Positions 1 to 14,035 of a DNA stretch of 64,000 nt are shown piece after piece. The position numbers and the translations under genes are program-made. The notes under the pieces are model-generated. The model was not told the origin of the DNA. It ran no database searches and was given only the letters and a program-made list of their open reading frames with translations. Where the stretch lies: NCBI GenBank assembly GCA_950097015.1, contig CATNEN010000012.1:3224001-3288000 (forward strand), in the 5' to 3' direction. This stretch comes from Macrostomum hystrix. Its lineage: Eukaryota; Animalia; Platyhelminthes. Position 1 is the stretch's first letter. Each line of letters starts with the position of its first letter.

Positions 1-535
1 TGACAAGAATCCCTATCTATCATCTGATAAGAATCCCTATCTATCTTCTGACAAGAATCCCTATCTATCTTCTGACAAGAATCCCTATCTATCTTCTGAT
101 AAGAATCCCTATCTATCTTCTGATAAGAATCCCTATCTATCTTCTGATAAGAATCCCTATCTATCTTCTGACAAGAATCCCTATCTATCTTCTGACAAGA
201 ATCCCTATCTATCTTCTGACAAGAATCCCTATCTATCTTCTGACAAGAATCCCTATCTATCTTCTGATAAGAATCCCTATCTATCTTCTGATAAGAATCC
301 CTATCTATCTTCTGACAAGAATCCCTATCTATCTTCTGACAAGAATCCCTATCTATCTTCTGACAAGAATCCCTATCTATCTTCTGACAAGAATCCCTAT
401 CTATCTTCTGATAAGAATCCCTATCTATCTTCTGATAAGAATCCCTATCTATCTTCTGACAAGAATCCCTATCTATCTTCTGACAAGAATCCCTATCTAT
501 CTTCTGACAAGAATCCCTATCTATCTTCTGACAAG
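1..535. repeat. 24-bp tandem array (TGACAAGAATCCCTATCTATCTTC), runs off the window start
   Basis: Direct reading; about 22 near-identical units. Confidence 0.97.
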
Positions 536-1568
536 CAACAAATCGAAAAGTTTCCTCCGATGGACTTTATCCTACTTCGAGCAGCAGCATACTGTATCGT
601 ACTGCTTTCCAGATATCTCAGAAGGGAAATGCTCCACTGTCCACAGAAGAGCTCGGTCATTCAGAGAAACGACAAAATCCGAGTTCTTATCTAGCCCTTT
701 TACTGAGATCAGTCAGGCGCGAGAGTCGAATGAGGGGCGGAGAGATTTTCTGGTTGAGAAAATGCTTCAGCTGCCTTTGGCCAACCCGCAGGTCCCCTGC
801 AGTCTCTCTGTCAGTCTCTCTTTTCGGAGAGTGCAAAGCTTAATCAGCCAAGGCCTTCTAACTACTTCGTTTTGCACCTGTGCCTGTGTGTGCTCGGGGG
901 CCAGCGGAATGAGCAGAATTGCATCCTCGCTGGCTGCGGGTCTAGTGTCATCAAAGCATCAGTTTTGCAAAAGAAGTTCAAGATAGAAGATTGAAGCGTG
1001 TAGAAGTTTTGGGAACCTGTCCGTATAGTTACTAAAGTGCTCGAATCGCCTGAGGGGTCATCAAGCTTCTAGAAGGCAGTTCAGGCTAGTTCGGACTCTG
1101 CCGGAATCTCTGCGAAATCTTATCAAAGAGTTGGCGCGGAGGGTTGGTTGGGAAGAAACCTTGGCTTATCGTCCGCTGAGCAGGCTGCTCTGAATCATTA
1201 CTCACTAATCTCTGTACCTGTTTCCCCTCCCAACAAAGGTCTCTCCGATATCTCGCCAACGTGAACCCAGTTTGAGTTCATCTCTTCATAGTTTAGTTAC
1301 TTGTATTTTTCTTTACTCGAACTGACCAAGCGGGAAGCGGAATGCCGGAGATTTCCTAGCAATAAAACTCGAGAGAACAAAATTTTGCCTCGCTCAAATT
1401 CAGCTAGGGGATGGCACACAGAAGCGGTCGTAAAAATGAGATTGAGTAGGTGAGGGTGACCTCAGATTGCTAAAACTGGAGAGTGAGCTCGAGGTCAAGT
1501 GTTCGGGAATCTCAAAACAACTGTTTTATAGGCCGCTTTGAAATCTTCTGGGATACGGTTGAATTGGA

Positions 1569-2100
1569 CCTAGGATCTACCTAGGATCTATCTATAATAT
1601 ACCTAGGATCTACCTAGGATCTATCTATAATATACCTAGGATCTACCTAGGATCTATCTATAATATACCTAGGATCTACCTAGGATCTATCTATAATATA
1701 CCTAGGATCTACCTAGGATCTATCTATAATATACCTAGGATCTACCTAGGATCTATCTATAATATACCTAGGATCTATCTAGAATCTATCTATAATCTAC
1801 CTAGGATCTATCTATAATATACCTAGGATCTACCTAGGATCTATCTATAATATACCTAGGATCTACCTAGGATCTATCTAGAATCTATCTATAATCTACC
1901 TAGGATCTATCTATAATATACCTAGGATCTACCTAGGATCTATCTAGGATCTATCTATAATCTACCTAGGATCTATCTATAATCTACCTAGGATCTACCT
2001 AGGATCTAGGATCTAAGATCTAGAATCTATCTAGAATCTATCTAGAATCTATCTAGAATCTATCTAGAATCTATCTATAATCTATCTATAATCTATCTAC
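1569..2100. repeat. Composite ~33-bp CTAGGATCTA/TCTATAATATAC array in TRIM9-like intron
   Basis: Direct reading. Confidence 0.95.
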
Positions 2101-2150
2101 CATCCGGAATTGACCAAGAACCCAGAGCATGCCACAGGTGTTCAGCTCAC

Positions 2151-3187
2151 CTTCTGAGCTTTGCAGGCTGCTGAAATCTGTTGCAGTCGGTGCCGATCGC
2201 CGCTTCCGCCGCACAACTCCGTCTCGGCGCAGAGGCCGCAGGCGAAGCTGCTTCGGCAGGCTGCGCAGAATGCTGCCGACTCGCCTGGATGCCGCTGACA
2301 ACTTTCAACATCGTCAGCATCTCCAGTATCAGCTTCCACATCCGAAAGGTGGCGCTCGGAATCCCTGACGCCGCCGGCAGCCGCAGCGCCTGACACCAGC
2401 CGTTCCAGAGCCGGATTGGCTGGCAGCTGCTGGCAGTGCGGTGGCGACACCGGCTTCCGGCAGGCGGGGCAGAGAAAGCCGCCGCTGTTGCCACCGCCGC
2501 CGCCACCACCACTGGAGCCTCCGAGACCGTTGGAATTGTTCACACCTAATAATGATTAGCAAACTTTACTGCTTTTCCTATTTCCAATGCCTGAGTACGG
2601 TATCTGTTTGCGTGTGTGCTCAGGAGTCAGCGAAATGGGCAGAATTGCCTCCTCGCTGGCTGCGGGTCTAGTGTCACCAAATGATGTGCCATTGCCCGCA
2701 GCCCTCCTGCAATTACTATTATATAAGGTCAAGTTGTCACAGGAGTCCAAACTAGCCTTCAGGCTTTGAGCTATTAAAACGGATCCTCACGTTTGTACAT
2801 AGTTTTTTTCATCGTCAGGCAGTGTACAGTGTACTCTGTACCTTTTGGGCTGCGCATCAAGTTAATGTGAAGTCCATGTTTATATGCACTAAACACAGCG
2901 AACTCAGGACCGATCGGCGGGGGGAGAGCAGACTTACCTGCAACCGCTGCGGCCACCAAACTGTCTGGCCGGGAGGCGGGCAGGGACACTCCTGAGTCAG
3001 TCTCGGACAGCACTGACACCTGATCGTCGGCCGGAGCCTGTTGAATGCCCGTCCAGCAGTCGCGGCAGAGCGAATGGCCGCATGGCAGCAGGAGAGGCCG
3101 GACAAACCAGGAACGACAGAGCGGACACTTGAGCTCCTGCTCCAGGCCCTTGCCAATCCCAGCCATTGCGGAGTGTGACCCAGCCAT
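2151..3187 (-). CDS. TRIM9/TRIM67-like E3 ligase, 5' part (RING plus one B-box); remaining exons not found in window
   Basis: Exons 3187-2938 (GTAAGT donor, phase 1) and 2545-2151 (AG acceptor, GTGAGC donor, phase 0) join in frame. Motifs LEQELKCPLC..PLLLPCGHSLC, SVLSETDSGV, CPAC..LPANPALE, a B-box and QQISAACKAQK match the TRIM9 family N-terminus. Confidence 0.85.
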
Positions 3188-3263
3188 CGGCGCTTGCTCC
3201 GTTCTCGCTCAGCTGTGATCCAAATAAAATAGTATGAAGCCTGTTCTAATTAGAAGAAGGACC

Positions 3264-3786
3264 ACTAGAAGAAGAATGACGGAACACTCGTTTCTTGGAA
3301 AATTTATAAAGGCAGATTTTCACGTAAAAATGCACTAGCGAAATAGGAACTTTTCACTTCTTTCCACATTAAAACGTCGATAAATTTTTATTGGAAGCGG
3401 ATTCTATAATTTAGCTTATTAATCTTAATTAAGATCTTCATTTTATTTTCATTGATTTATCCTGAAGCACAATAGCAACCAATTAGAGATAAAACTTGGC
3501 CTACTGATTTTTTAATGAAAAAATTATACATTATTAGAAAGTAATAGTAAAATTAAGTTAGCCACTAGATAGCTTGACTAACTATTGTGCGTCAAGATTA
3601 ATAAATGAAAATAAAATGAAGATCAGTTTTTCATTAATAGATATTTCTAAAATTGTACAAAAAAATAAAATAATAATAATAATCTACATTTTACTGTAAA
3701 AAGTGAAAAGTTCGTATATCGCTAATGCATTTTTCCGAGAAAACTGCCTTAATACATTTTCCAAGAAACGACATCCTTCTTCTAGT
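3264..3786. mobile_element. AT-rich foldback/MITE-like element upstream of the TRIM9-like start
   Basis: ~3264-3365 is the imperfect reverse complement of ~3690-3786 (ACTAGAAGAAG...CGTTTCTTGGAAAAT); internal inverted pair GATCTTCATTTTATTTTCATT / AATGAAAATAAAATGAAGATC. Confidence 0.7.
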
Positions 3787-4439
3787 TGTCTACTCTTATA
3801 TTCTTATTAGTGGTCTAAGTGTTCTAATATATATTATAAATACCACCATTCTAAATATAGCCATCTATTTGCGGGATTACTATTTCAGATACTAATTTTA
3901 GAAGTCCATGCCTTCGGTTGTCTATGGCCAAGACTGGGTTTTCGAAACAATATCGGTAACATAGATTGTGGCTAAGCCTACGAGTTCTGTCGAAACGTAG
4001 TTAAAACGGCTGACACGCGCCCTCTGCGGACAGTCTATGGCCAAAATTAGTGAGATTTTTCCATAGAGATTCTTGGCGGGCATGAGGCATTGTATATAAT
4101 GTAATGATACTATATTACTACCGAATGCTTGCAAAAGTTACTTACATTTTCTGTGAGCAATGTGAAGAGCGATGCAAAATTTTTTGTTGCGTTTTGATAA
4201 TGCAGCGAGTTTCTCTGAAAACAGTACTGACTCTGCGATATCTATCGATCATTTATCCTCTAAAAAAACAATGGCCCAATGGGAGCTCAGGAAGGCTTCC
4301 ATTGGTCAACGCGCGGATTTTTCAAATCAACTAAGCAAACATTCGCTATCCCGCGAAATGACTAGCAAGATTGCTAGTATGTTCTTCAAAATGGATTATC
4401 AGTTCCACAAAGAGGATAACCATTGAATAGCTGAAAGAT

Positions 4440-6250
4440 CTAGAATCTCAGCACAAGCAAAATCTAGAATCGCATGAACAAAAACTAGAATCGCAACAGG
4501 AAAAAAACCTAGAATCGCAACAGGAACAAAATCTAGAATCGCAGCAGAAACAAAATCTAGAATCGCAGCAGGAGCAAAATCTAGAATCGCAGCAGGAGCA
4601 AAATCTCGAATCGCAGAATCGCAGCAGGAACAAACAGAATCGCAGCAGGAACAAACCTAGAATCGCAGCAAGAACAAAATCTAGAATCGCAGCAGGAGCA
4701 AAATCTAGAATCGCAGCAGGAGCAAAATCTTGAATCGCAGCAGGAACAAAATCTCGAATCGCAGAATCGCAGCAGGAACAAACAGAATCGCAGCAGGAAC
4801 AAACCTAGAATCGCAGCAAGAACAAAATCTAGAATCGCAGCAGGAGCAAAATCTAGAATCGCAGAATCGCAGCAGGAACAAACAGAATCGCAGCAGGAAC
4901 AAACCTAGAATCGCAGCAAAAACAAAATCTAGAATCGCAGCAGGAGCAAAATCTAGAATCGCAGCAGGAGCAAAATCTTGAATCGCAGCAGGAACAAAAT
5001 CTCGAATCGCAGAATCGCAGCAGGAACAAACAGAATCGCAGCAGGAACAAACCTAGAATCGCAGCAAGAACAAAATCTAGAATCGCAGCAGGAGCAAAAT
5101 CTAGAATCGCAGCAGGAACAAAATCTCGAATAGCATGAACAGAATCGCAGCAGGAACAAACATAGAATCGCAGCAAGAACAAAATCTAGAATCGCGGCAG
5201 GAACAAAATCTAGAATCGCAGCAAGAACAAAATCTAGAATCGCAGCAAGAACAAAATCTAGAATCGCAGCAGGAACAAAATCTAGAATCGCAGCAGGAAC
5301 AAAATCTAGAATCGCAGCAAGAACAAAATCTAGAATCGCAGCAGGAACAAAATCTAGAATCGCAGCAGGAACAAAATCTAGAATCGCAGCAAGAACAAAA
5401 TCTAGAATCGCAGCAGGAACAAAATCTAGAATCGCAGCAAGAACAAAATCTAGAATCGCAGCAGGAACAAAATCTAGAATCGCAGCAGGAACAAAATCTA
5501 GAATCGCAGCAGGAACAAAATCTAGAATCGCAGCAAGAACAAAATCTAGAATCGCAGCAGGAGCAATCGCAGCAGGAGCAAAATCTCGAATGGCATGAAC
5601 AGAATCGCAGCAGGAACAAACATAGAATCGCAGCAAGAACAAAATCTAGAATCGCAGCAGGAACAAAATCTAGAATCGCAGCAGGAACAAAATCTAGAAT
5701 CGCAGCAGGAACAAAATCTAGAATCGCAGCAGGAACAAAATCTAGAATCGCAGCAAGAACAAAATCTAGAATCGCAGCAGGAACAAAATCTAGAATCGCA
5801 GCAGGAACAAAATCTAGAATCGCAGCAGGAACAAAATCTAGAATCGCAGCAAGAACAAAATCTAGAATCGCATGAACAAAATCTAGAATCGCAGCAGGAG
5901 CAAAATCTAGAATCGCAGCAGGAACAAAATCTAGAATCGCAGCAGGAACAAAATCTAGAATCGCAGCAGGAACAAAATCTAGAATCGCAGCAAGAACAAA
6001 ATCTAGAATCGCATGAACAAAATCTAGAATCGCAGCAGGAGCAAAATCTAGAATCGCAGCATGAACACAATCTAGAATCGAAGCAGGAACAAAATCTAGA
6101 ATCGCAGCAGGATCAAAACCTAGAATCGAAGCAGGAACAAAATCTAGAATAGCATGAACAGAATCGCAGCAGGAACAAACCTAGAATCGCAGCAGAATGC
6201 AACAAAGATGAGAATCGCAGCTGCAATCGAGGCTGGAATCGCAGCAGAAT
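4440..6250. repeat. 24-bp minisatellite CTAGAATCGCAGCAGGAACAAAAT
   Basis: Direct reading; source of the QQEQNLES and CCDSRF ORFs. Confidence 0.97.
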
Positions 6251-6897
6251 ACAAGCTGGAATCGCAGCAAGAACAGTACGTAGAATCGAAATGAGCCATC
6301 ACTATGGACTGGATGTTTCGTGCATAAAAATTAGCAGTTCTAATGTACCGGTCATACGAGTACAATAGCCCAATTGTACAAATCCATTTCGTGCACATCC
6401 TCAACAGTCAGGAGCTCAGATCGTGAGGGCCAAAATTTACGACCATGGGATAGAACAGATTGAATGCCAGGGCTGCGGTCTGCATGGGTGTCTGACCATG
6501 CAAAGTGGAATTGAAATTTATGGCTCCAGCTATTTAGCTAGGCCAGGGTGTGTAGAGAGATACCGTGTCAGAACTGGCTGCATTCCACAGCAGCTAGACC
6601 ATCCGCTGCGATATCAGATTTCGTGGATTCATTTTGAGTAGCGGATGAGAAATTCTATGGCTTATTGATTGCTGGTCTATGTGGATGCGTCACAGAAGTT
6701 TTCAGAGCTGCAACACAGCCTATGACTCTATAAATATAAAATGTACTAGAAAATATACTAAAAACGTATACATACCAACTTCTTAGAGTAACTTAAGCAT
6801 ATACAGGTTTATTAATATTAAGCTTTAGTTCAAATATGACAGATTTGAATAGGTCTGAATAAAACTTAATGTTACATGCAAACATCAACTATATATT

Positions 6898-7650
6898 CAA
6901 AATCTCACCTTGAGAAAACCACGGATTCCAAATCTCATCCTGAGTAATCTGTGGATTCCAAATCTCATCCTGAGTAATCTGTGGATTCCAAATCTCATCC
7001 TGAGTAATCTGTGGATTCCAAATCTCATCCTGAGTAATCTATGGATTCTAAATCTCATCCTGAGTAATCTATGCATTCCAAATCTCATCCTGAGGAAACT
7101 ATGGATTCAAAATCCCATCCTGAGGAAACTATGGATTCAAAATCTCATCCTGAAAATACCACGGATTCAAAGTCTCATCCTTAAATACCACGGATTCAAA
7201 ATCTCATCCTGAAGATACCACGGATTCCAAATCTCATCCTTAAATACCACGGATTCAAAATCTCATCCTGAAGATACCACGGATTCCAAATCTCATCCTG
7301 AAGATTCCACGGATTCCAAATCTCATCCTGAAGATACCACGGATTCCAAATCTCATCCTGAAGATACCACGGATTCCAAATCTCATCCTGAAGATTCCAC
7401 GGATTCCAAATCTCATCCTTAAATACCACGGATTCAAAATCTCATCCTGAAGATACCACGGATTCCAAATCTCATCCTGAAGATACCACGGATTCCAAAT
7501 CTCATGCTGAAGATACCACGGATTCCAAATCTCATCCTGAAGATTCCACGGATTCCAAATCTCACACCGAAGATACCACGGATTCCAAATCTCATCCTGA
7601 AGATACCACGGATTCCAAATCTCATCCTGAGGAAAGCATGGATTCAAAAT
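6898..7650. repeat. 30-bp minisatellite AATCTCATCCTGAAGATACCACGGATTCCA
   Basis: Direct reading. Confidence 0.96.
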
Positions 7651-8309
7651 CCTGAGGAAACTGAGGACACATAAGTTGCTGCAAGCTCTTAGCCTCCACA
7701 TAGCAGAAGTGCCGCATTTTCACATTATCGAAGTCGTGAGTTGAGTCATTTCCCGAGAGCTAAGATAATTAGAGCGTTAATCTTCACAGCCTGCTGCAGC
7801 AGCCAACGAAGAAGGCAGCAAACTCCTGGTTGCAGCTCAGCTGTCAATCTAAAGTTTTGCCTGGAGTCGCGACACCTGGTTAAGTGGCGATTACCTTGAG
7901 TCAATAGAGAAAGGGCCAGCGCCTTTTGCCCTTGCTTAATTGATACGTCAATTCACTCCTCCCACCTGGGATTATCTTGCGTGTTTGACTGCAGGCCTCG
8001 CTTTGCACCGCATGCTATCCGTGAGAAAAATCACACTCGAGTCTGGGACTGTGAGGTTTTATTGTGTTCTAAGTTGTGATTCTGAAATCCTCTTCCGTTT
8101 TGTCCGCTAAACTGTCATTCATGCGTCCTTCATTGTCTTGGTACATTCTGAGATTTAGTGTTTGTAGTTTTAATGCACCAAACGTTTTTTAAGAGGAGTC
8201 ATCCCATTGTATAGTCTTTCAGTGCGTATCCACATTATATCTAAGTCCTCGTGTCATGCACATTATCCAATACTCTTTTACTGTGTATAAATTCAGAAGT
8301 CTTTGCGTG

Positions 8310-11300
8310 TATCCTCATTGTCTAAGAGTCTTTGTGTGTCCTCATTGTCTAAGAGTCTTTGTGTGTCCTCATTGTCTAAGAGTCTTTGTGTGTCCTCATT
8401 GTCTAAGAGTCTTTGTGTGTCCTCATTGTCTAAGAGTCTTTGTGTGTCCTCATTGTCTAACAGTATTTGTGTGTCCTCATTGTCTAAGAGTCTTTGTGTG
8501 TCCTCATTGTCTAAGAGTCTTTGTGTGTCCTCATTGTCGAACAGTATTTGTGTGTCCTCATTGTCTAACAGTATTTGTGTGTCCTCATTGTCTAACAGTA
8601 TTTGTGTGTCCTCATTGTCTAATATCCATGAGTCCTTGCGTGAGTATCCACATTATCCACGAGTCCTTGCGTGAGTATCCACATTATCCACGTGTCGATT
8701 TGTGAGTATACACATTATCCATGAGTCCTTGTGGGAGTATACGCATTATCCATGAGTCCTTGCGTGAGTATCCACATTATCCACGTGTCCTTGTGTGAGT
8801 GTCCACATTATCCACGTGTCGATTTGTGAGTATACACATTATCCATGAGTCCTTGTGGGAGTATACACATTATCCATGAGTCCTTGCGTGAGTATCCACA
8901 TTATCCACGTGTCCTTGTGTGAGTGTCCACATTATCCACGTGTCGATTTGTGAGTATACACATTATCCATGAGTCCTTGTGGGAGTATACGCATTATCCA
9001 TGAGTCCTTGTGGGAGTATACGCATTATCCATGAGTCCTTGTGGGAGTATACGCATTATCCACGTGTCCTTGCGTGAGTATCCACATTATCCACTTGTCC
9101 TTGTGTGAGTATCCACATTATCCACGTGTCCTTGCGTGAGTATCCACATTATCCACGTGTCCTTGTGTGAGTATCCACATTATCCACGTGTCCTTGCGTG
9201 AGTATCCACATTATCCACGTGTCCTTGCGTGAGTATCCACATTATCCACGTGTCCTTGCGTGAGTATCCACATTATCCACGTGTCCTTGTGTGAGTATCC
9301 ACATTATCCACGTTTACTTGTGAGTATCTACATTATCCACGTGTCCTTGCGTGAGTATCCACATTATCCACGTGTCCTTGCGTGAGTATCCACATTATCC
9401 ACGTGTCCTTGTGTGAGTATCCACATTATCCACGTGTCCTTGCGTGAGTATCCACATTATCCACGTGTCCTTGCGTGAGTATCCACATTATCCACATGTC
9501 CTTGCGTGAGTGTCCACATTATCCACGAGTCGATTTGTGAGTATACACATTATCCATGAGTCCTTGTGAGAGTATACACATTATCCATGAGTCCTTGTGG
9601 GAGTATACACATTATCCATGAGTCCTTGTGGGAGTATACACATTATCCATTAGTCCTTGTGTGAGTGTCCACATTATCCACGTGTCCTTGCGTGAGTATC
9701 CACATTATCCACGTGTCCTTGCGTGAGTATCCACATTATCCACGTGTCCTTGCGTGAGTATCCACATTATCCACGTGTCCTTGTGTGAGTATCCACATTA
9801 TCCACGTTTACTTGTTAGTATCTACATTATCCACGTGTCCTTGCGTGAGTATCCACATTATCCACGTGTCCTTGCGTGAGTATCCACATTATCCACGTGT
9901 CCTTCTGTGAGTATCCACATTATCCACGTGTCCTTGCGTGAGTATCCACATTATCCACATGTCCTTGCGTGAGTGTCCACATTATCCACGAGTCGATTTG
10001 TGAGTATACACATTATCCATGAGTCCTTGTGAGAGTATACACATTATCCATGAGTCCTTGTGGGAGTATACACATTATCCATGAGTCCTTGTGGGAGTAT
10101 ACACATTATCCATTAGTCCTTGTGTGAGTGTCCACATTATCCACGTGTCCTTGCGTGAGTATCCACATTATCCACGTGTCCTTGCGTGAGTATCCACATT
10201 ATCCACGTGTCCTTGCGTGAGTATCCACATTATCCACGTGTCCTTGTGTGAGTATCCACATTATCCACGTTTACTTGTTAGTATCTACATTATCCACGTG
10301 TCCTTGCGTGAGTATCCACATTATCCACGTGTCCTTGCGTGAGTATCCACATTATCCACGTGTCCTTCTGTGAGTATCCACATTATCCACGTGTCCTTGC
10401 GTGAGTATCCACATTATCCACGTGTCCTTGCGTGAGTATCCACATTATCCACATGTCCTTGCGTGAGTGTCCACATTATCCACGAGTCGATTTGTGAGTA
10501 TACACATTATCCATGAGTCCTTGTGAGAGTATACACATTATCCATGAGTCCTTGTGGGAGTATACACATTATCCATGAGTCCTTGTGGGAGTATACACAT
10601 TATCCATTAGTCCTTGTGTGAGTGTCCACATTATCCACGTGTCCTTGCGTGAGTATCCACATTATCCACGTGTCCTTGCGTGAGTATCCACATTATCCAC
10701 GTGTCCTTGCGTGAGTATCCACATTATCCACGTGTCCTTGCGTGAGTATCCACATTATCCACGTGTCCTTGCGTGAGTATCCACATTATCCACGTGTCCT
10801 TGTGTGAGTGTCCACATTATCCACGAGTCGGTTTGTGAGTATACACATTATCCATGAGTCCTTGTGAGAGTATACACATTATCCATGAGTCCTTGTGGGA
10901 GTATACACATTATCCATGAGTCCTTGTGGGAGTATACACATTATCCATGAGTCCTTGTGGGAGTATCTACATTATCCACGTGTCCTTGCGTGAGTATCCA
11001 CATTATCCACGTGTCCTTGTGTGAGTATCCACATTATCCACGTGTCCTTGTGTGAGTATCCACATTATCCACGTGTCCTTGCGTGAGTATCCACATTATC
11101 CACGTGTCCTTGCGTGAGTATCCACATTATCCACATGTCCTTGCGTGAGTGTCCACATTATCCACGAGTCGATTTGTGAGTATACACATTATCCATGAGT
11201 CCTTGTGGGAGTATACACATTATCCATGAGTCCTTGTGGGAGTATACACATTATCCATGAGTCCTTGTGGGAGTATACACATTATCCATGAGTCTTTGTG

Positions 11301-13520
11301 GGAGTATCCACATTATCCACATGTCCTTGCGTGAGTGTCCACATTATCCACGAGTCGATTTGTGAGTATACACATTATCCATGAGTCCTTGTGGGAGTAT
11401 ACACATTATCCATGAGTCCTTGTGGGAGTATACACATTATCCATGAGTCTTTGTGGGAGTATACACATTATCCATGAGTCCTTGTGGGAGTATACACATT
11501 ATCCATGAGTCTTTGTGGGAGTATCCACATTATCCACATGTCCTTGCGTGAGTGTCCACATTATCCACGTGTCCTTGCGTGAGTATCCACATTATCCACG
11601 TGTCCTTGCGTGAGTATCCACATTATCCACGTGTCCTTGCGTGAGTATCCACATTATCCACGTGTCCTTGCGTGAGTATCCACATTATCCACGTGTCCTT
11701 GCGTGAGTATCCACATTATCCACGTGTCCTTGTGTGAGTGTCCACATTATCCACGAGTCGGTTTGTGAGTATACACATTATCCATGAGTCCTTGTGAGAG
11801 TATACACATTATCCATGAGTCCTTGTGGGAGTATACACATTATCCATGAGTCCTTGTGGGAGTATACACATTATCCATGAGTCCTTGTGGGAGTATCTAC
11901 ATTATCCACGTGTCCTTGCGTGAGTATCCACATTATCCACGTGTCCTTGCGTGAGTATCCACATTATCCACGTGTCCTTGTGTGAGTATCCACATTATCC
12001 ACGTGTCCTTGCGTGAGTATCCACATTATCCACGTGTCCTTGCGTGAGTATCCACATTATCCACATGTCCTTGCGTGAGTGTCCACATTATCCACGAGTC
12101 GATTTGTGAGTATACACATTATCCATGAGTCCTTGTGGGAGTATACACATTATCCATGAGTCCTTGTGGGAGTATACACATTATCCATGAGTCCTTGTGG
12201 GAGTATACACATTATCCATGAGTCTTTGTGGGAGTATCCACATTATCCACATGTCCTTGCGTGAGTGTCCACATTATCCACGAGTCGATTTGTGAGTATA
12301 CACATTATCCATGAGTCCTTGTGGGAGTATACACATTATCCATGAGTCCTTGTGGGAGTATACACATTATCCATGAGTCTTTGTGGGAGTATACACATTA
12401 TCCATGAGTCCTTGTGGGAGTATACACATTATCCATGAGTCTTTGTGGGAGTATCCACATTATCCACATGTCCTTGCGTGAGTGTCCACATTATCCACGA
12501 GTCGATTTGTGAGTATACACATTATCCATGAGTCCTTGTGGGAGTATACACATTATCCATGAGTCCTTGTGGGAGTATCCACATTATCCATGAGTCCTTG
12601 TGGGAGTATACACATTATCCATGAGTCCTTGTGGGAGTATCTACATTATCCACGTGTCCTTGTGTGAGTGTCCACATTATCCACGAGTCGATTTGTGAGT
12701 ATACACATTATCCATGAGTCCTTGTGAGAGTATACACATTATCCATGAGTCCTTGTGGGAGTATACACATTATCCATGAGTCCTTGTGGGAGTATACACA
12801 TTATCCATGAGTCCTTGTGGGAGTATACACATTATCCATTAGTCCTTGTGTGAGTGTCCACATTATCCACGTGTCGATTTGTGAGTATACACATTATCCA
12901 TGAATCCTTGTGTGAGTGTCCACATTATCCACGTGTCGATTTGTGAGTATACACATTATCCATGAGTCCTTGTGGGAGTATACACATTATCCACGTGTCC
13001 TTGTGTGAGTGTCCACATTATCCACGTGTCGATTTGTGAGTATACACATTATCCATGAGTCCTTGTGGGAGTATACACATTATCCATTAGTCCTTGTGTG
13101 AGTGTCCACATTATCCACGTGTGGATGTGTGAGTATACACATTATCCATGAGTCCTTGTGGGAGTATACGCATTATCCATGAGTCCTTGTGGGAGTATAC
13201 ACATTATCCACGTGTCCTTGTGTGAGTGTCCACATTATCCACGTGTCGATTTGTGAGTATACACATTATCCATGAGTCCTTGTGGGAGTATACACATTAT
13301 CCATGAGTCCTTGTGGGAGTATACACATTATCCATTAGTCCTTGTGGGAGTATACGCATTATCCATGAGTCCTTGTGTGAGCATCCACATTATCCATGAG
13401 TCCTTGTGTGAGTATCCACATTATCCACGTGTCGATATGTGAGTATACGCATTATCCATGAGTCATTGTGTGTGTTCACATTATCCATGAGTCCATGTGT
13501 GCGTATCCTCATTATCCAAG
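8310..13520. repeat. Satellite: 27-bp units (8310-8630) grading into a ~4.9-kb array of 31-bp units CACATTATCCACGTGTCCTTGCGTGAGTATC
   Basis: Direct reading; periods measured between recurring motifs. Confidence 0.97.
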
Positions 13521-14035
13521 AGCTCTTGTGTTTCCAGAAGTCTGCTATTTTTTACTTTTAAACTTGGCACTAAATGTTATGAGGCATTGCTTATTAGCTG
13601 ATTAATATTAATTGAACGTAGGACGCTTGAAGTGCTGTATTTAGTTAACTCATTCATAGCTGAACAACAGAAGTAAAGCAAGTAGTTATTTCGCATGAGA
13701 ACACTGGGATTTAGGATGTTGACAGCCAATGCGAAGACATACGCAAACAGGAGGGAAATACAAACGGCTTTATTAATCTTGGGTTCAGGTACTACAGACA
13801 TTAATATTAAAAGGCGTAGATAGACAAAGAAGCGACTTTCGATAAATATGAAAAAATTAATCCCAAATTGTGTAGTATGCAAAATCATACAAAAACTACA
13901 TTGTGTCGTCTCTTTCTAACCCCAGTTGAATTCCATATTCTTACTCAGAAAATAAGTTGATGCGCTACTGTCAGAAGTATGCTTAGCGCGCGAATCGTAA
14001 GCTTTTGCAATAGAGAAATTAAGATGCCGAATAAT

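Noticed and set aside
537-1560. Further TRIM9-like exons
   Set aside because: No phase-0 exon with coiled-coil homology found; frames are interrupted by stops
4448-8705. Long ORFs (QQEQNLES, CCDSRF, CPHCLRVFV, RMRFGI)
   Set aside because: Translations of tandem repeats open in several frames and on both strands; no splice or domain support
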